DNA from: a virus
IMG/VR virus record: IMGVR_UViG_3300045988_156947
Location: 1-39,198 of that record
DNA: 39,198 nucleotides
Strand: one strand, 5' to 3'
This document shows, piece by piece, positions 37,844-39,198 of the stretch (its first letter is position 1; the number at the start of each line of letters is the position of its first letter). Both the position numbers and the translations under genes were made by a program. Under the pieces are notes generated by a model that saw nothing but the letters and a program-made list of their open reading frames with translations, did no database searches and was not told where the DNA came from.

Positions 37844-38347
37844 TCAGTACGCCTCCCGAAAGTGATTTGTCTCCCCATCGCCGGTGAACCAGCAGTATGT
37901 ATCAGGCAGCTCCCTTGTAACCGCCGCGCCCTGCTTCTCCATGCTCCAGCGCGTGAGCACATCGAGCGCCACCGCACGAAGCTCGTCCCACACAGGAAAG
38001 TGCGGACTGTAGCCGTAAAACTGCCCCGACTGGCTCACTACGCCGACGATGGTCTCGGGGAAACGCGGATCGTCCACGCGATTGAGCACGCACCACACGC
38101 ACTTGCGCTGATTGTCCACCGTGCACCCTCTCGCCTCGCCGTATAGCATCTGCGCGAGCGCCGTGACATCAGCCTCGGTAAAATACAGCTCGTATTCAGG
38201 CTCTTTCACCTCCACCACGCAAAGCCCCTTTGTGTCCACCTTCGGCGGCTCAGGCTCGGCGGGCTTGTCCAGCGCACAGCTTATCAGCACAAGTAGCGCC
38301 ACGATTGTCATGCACAAAAACGCTGCCATGATTTCAAATCTCCTCAT
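37844..38347 (-). CDS. SleB/CwlJ-type cell wall hydrolase with lipoprotein-type signal peptide
   Basis: IVALLVLISCALD lipobox. LAQMLYGEARGCTVDNQRKCVWCVLNRVDDPRFPETIVGVVSQSGQF fits the Hydrolase_2 pattern. The start may be ATG 38329. Confidence 0.75.
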   Translation of the reverse strand: MRRFEIMAAFLCMTIVALLVLISCALDKPAEPEPPKVDTKGLCVVEVKEPEYELYFTEADVTALAQMLYGEARGCTVDNQRKCVWCVLNRVDDPRFPETIVGVVSQSGQFYGYSPHFPVWDELRAVALDVLTRWSMEKQGAAVTRELPDTYCWFTGDGETNHFREAY

Positions 38348-39198
38348 GCCTTAGCCCGCCTTTTCGCAATCATTTTGCCTTGCAGCCCGCATTCTTCGAG
38401 CGGTACTTCGCGCAGCACCTTCGCTTTGCGCGCCCTAACTTTGCCCTCGCTGCGCAAAGGCACGAGCACATCGGCTTTTTTGCATTCGAGCTCGAGAATC
38501 GCAACATCATCCCAGTTTGCGCCATCCGCAAGCGCCCATGCCTTGTGCGCAAGATGGATACCGGCGCCGCAGCTATGCAGTGCGTCCTCGTCAAAGCCGT
38601 TGCGGGGTGTAACAATGGCGCCTATATCGTAGATAAAACTGCCCCAGTAGTCGGCGTGATATGCGTCGTTGTAGAAATGCACCGCTTTATACAGTTTTAC
38701 CGTCGCATCAGTCGCATCAAGCCCGTGAAAGTCTATATATTCCTCTATGTTCGTCGGATTATAAACTATGCGAGCATTGCCGCTTACTTTGATATTGTTG
38801 CTCTGCGTATTGTCCACGATTTGGCTGTTGCCATTCGCCGAAACGCTGCTGTTGCCATACGCCAAAACGCTGCTATTGCCATACGCCGAAACGCTGCTGT
38901 TGTCATTCGCCAAAACGCTGCTGTTGTCATTCGCCAAAACGCTGCTGTTGCCATTCGCCGAAACGCTGCTGTAATCATTCGCCGAAACGCTGCTGTTGTC
39001 ATACGCCAAAACGCTGCTGTTGCCATACGCCAAAACGCTGCTGTTGTCATACGCCGAAACGCTGCTGTTGCCATACGCCAAAACGCTGCTGTTGTCATAC
39101 GCCAAAACGCTGCTGTTGTCATTCACCAAAACGCTGCTGTTGTCATACGCCAAAACGCTGCTGTTGTCATACGCCAAAACGCTGCTGTTGCCATACGC
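38344..39198 (-). CDS. Octapeptide-repeat protein, C-terminal part (continuation of 1..417)
   Basis: Open to the window edge. About 15.5 octads, then a globular domain KLYKAVHFYNDAYHADYWGSFIYDIGAIVTP...HSCGAGIHLAHKAWALADG... Confidence 0.8.
   Translation of the reverse strand, partial: AYGNSSVLAYDNSSVLAYDNSSVLVNDNSSVLAYDNSSVLAYGNSSVSAYDNSSVLAYGNSSVLAYDNSSVSANDYSSVSANGNSSVLANDNSSVLANDNSSVSAYGNSSVLAYGNSSVSANGNSQIVDNTQSNNIKVSGNARIVYNPTNIEEYIDFHGLDATDATVKLYKAVHFYNDAYHADYWGSFIYDIGAIVTPRNGFDEDALHSCGAGIHLAHKAWALADGANWDDVAILELECKKADVLVPLRSEGKVRARKAKVLREVPLEECGLQGKMIAKRRAKA
38824..39198. repeat. Tandem 24-nt coding repeat, about 15.5 units (right part of the same array)
   Basis: Same unit as at 1-286. 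Degenerate octad periodicity continues to about 38770. Confidence 0.95.

Larger units (their letters stand above)
1..39198. mobile_element. Complete temperate dsDNA phage genome, linearised inside a gene (circular or circularly permuted contig)
   Basis: Integrase plus attP-like tRNA fragment, repressors, replication/recombination module, terS/terL-portal-scaffold-capsid-fibres-lysis. No recognisable host housekeeping genes. A minus-strand ORF crosses the window junction in frame. First 15 nt = last 15 nt. Confidence 0.8.

Overview
The window reads as one complete genome of a temperate dsDNA phage, about 39.2 kb, linearised inside a gene. A minus-strand ORF starts at 417, runs off position 1 and resumes in frame at 39198. 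The first 15 nt equal the last 15 nt, so the contig is probably circular or circularly permuted.

Layout:
- 421-1898 (-): replication and early genes.
- 1926-2690: a 735-nt ORF-free segment built from two diverged tandem units, behind a near-consensus promoter.
- 2691-6351 (+): lysogeny module, with a TM protein, lipoprotein, XRE repressor, membrane-anchored XRE protein and a zinc-ribbon tyrosine integrase.
- 6355-6626: attP-like region, with a tRNA 3' fragment flanked by TTTACGACA arm-type repeats.
- 6619-28685 (-): one tightly packed late operon. In transcription order it holds terS candidate, terL, portal, scaffold, capsid, a large nozzle-like protein, a modular fibre cassette, the lysis cassette, a 1677-aa virion protein and a few small accessory genes.
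- 28961-30907 (+): short early operon, with an acidic protein, an RHH protein and a J-domain protein.
- 31084-39198 (-): long early operon, with RuvC-like resolvase, SSB-like protein, RecT, PD-(D/E)xK exonuclease, many mini zinc-ribbon ORFs, three DNA methyltransferases, a SleB-like hydrolase and an octapeptide-repeat protein.

I recognise no tail tube, sheath or canonical tape-measure arrangement, so I infer a podovirus-like virion.

Most interesting observations:
- the duplicated ORF-free element at the genetic switch, a candidate large structured RNA or RNA-based immunity element;
- the array of about 27 units of 24 nt, whose variation is largely confined to a few nonsynonymous positions;
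- the giant virion protein with an embedded nuclease-like module;
- an Acr/Aca-like early gene pair.

All functional calls rest on motifs read by eye in the supplied translations. No database search, folding or composition calculation was run.
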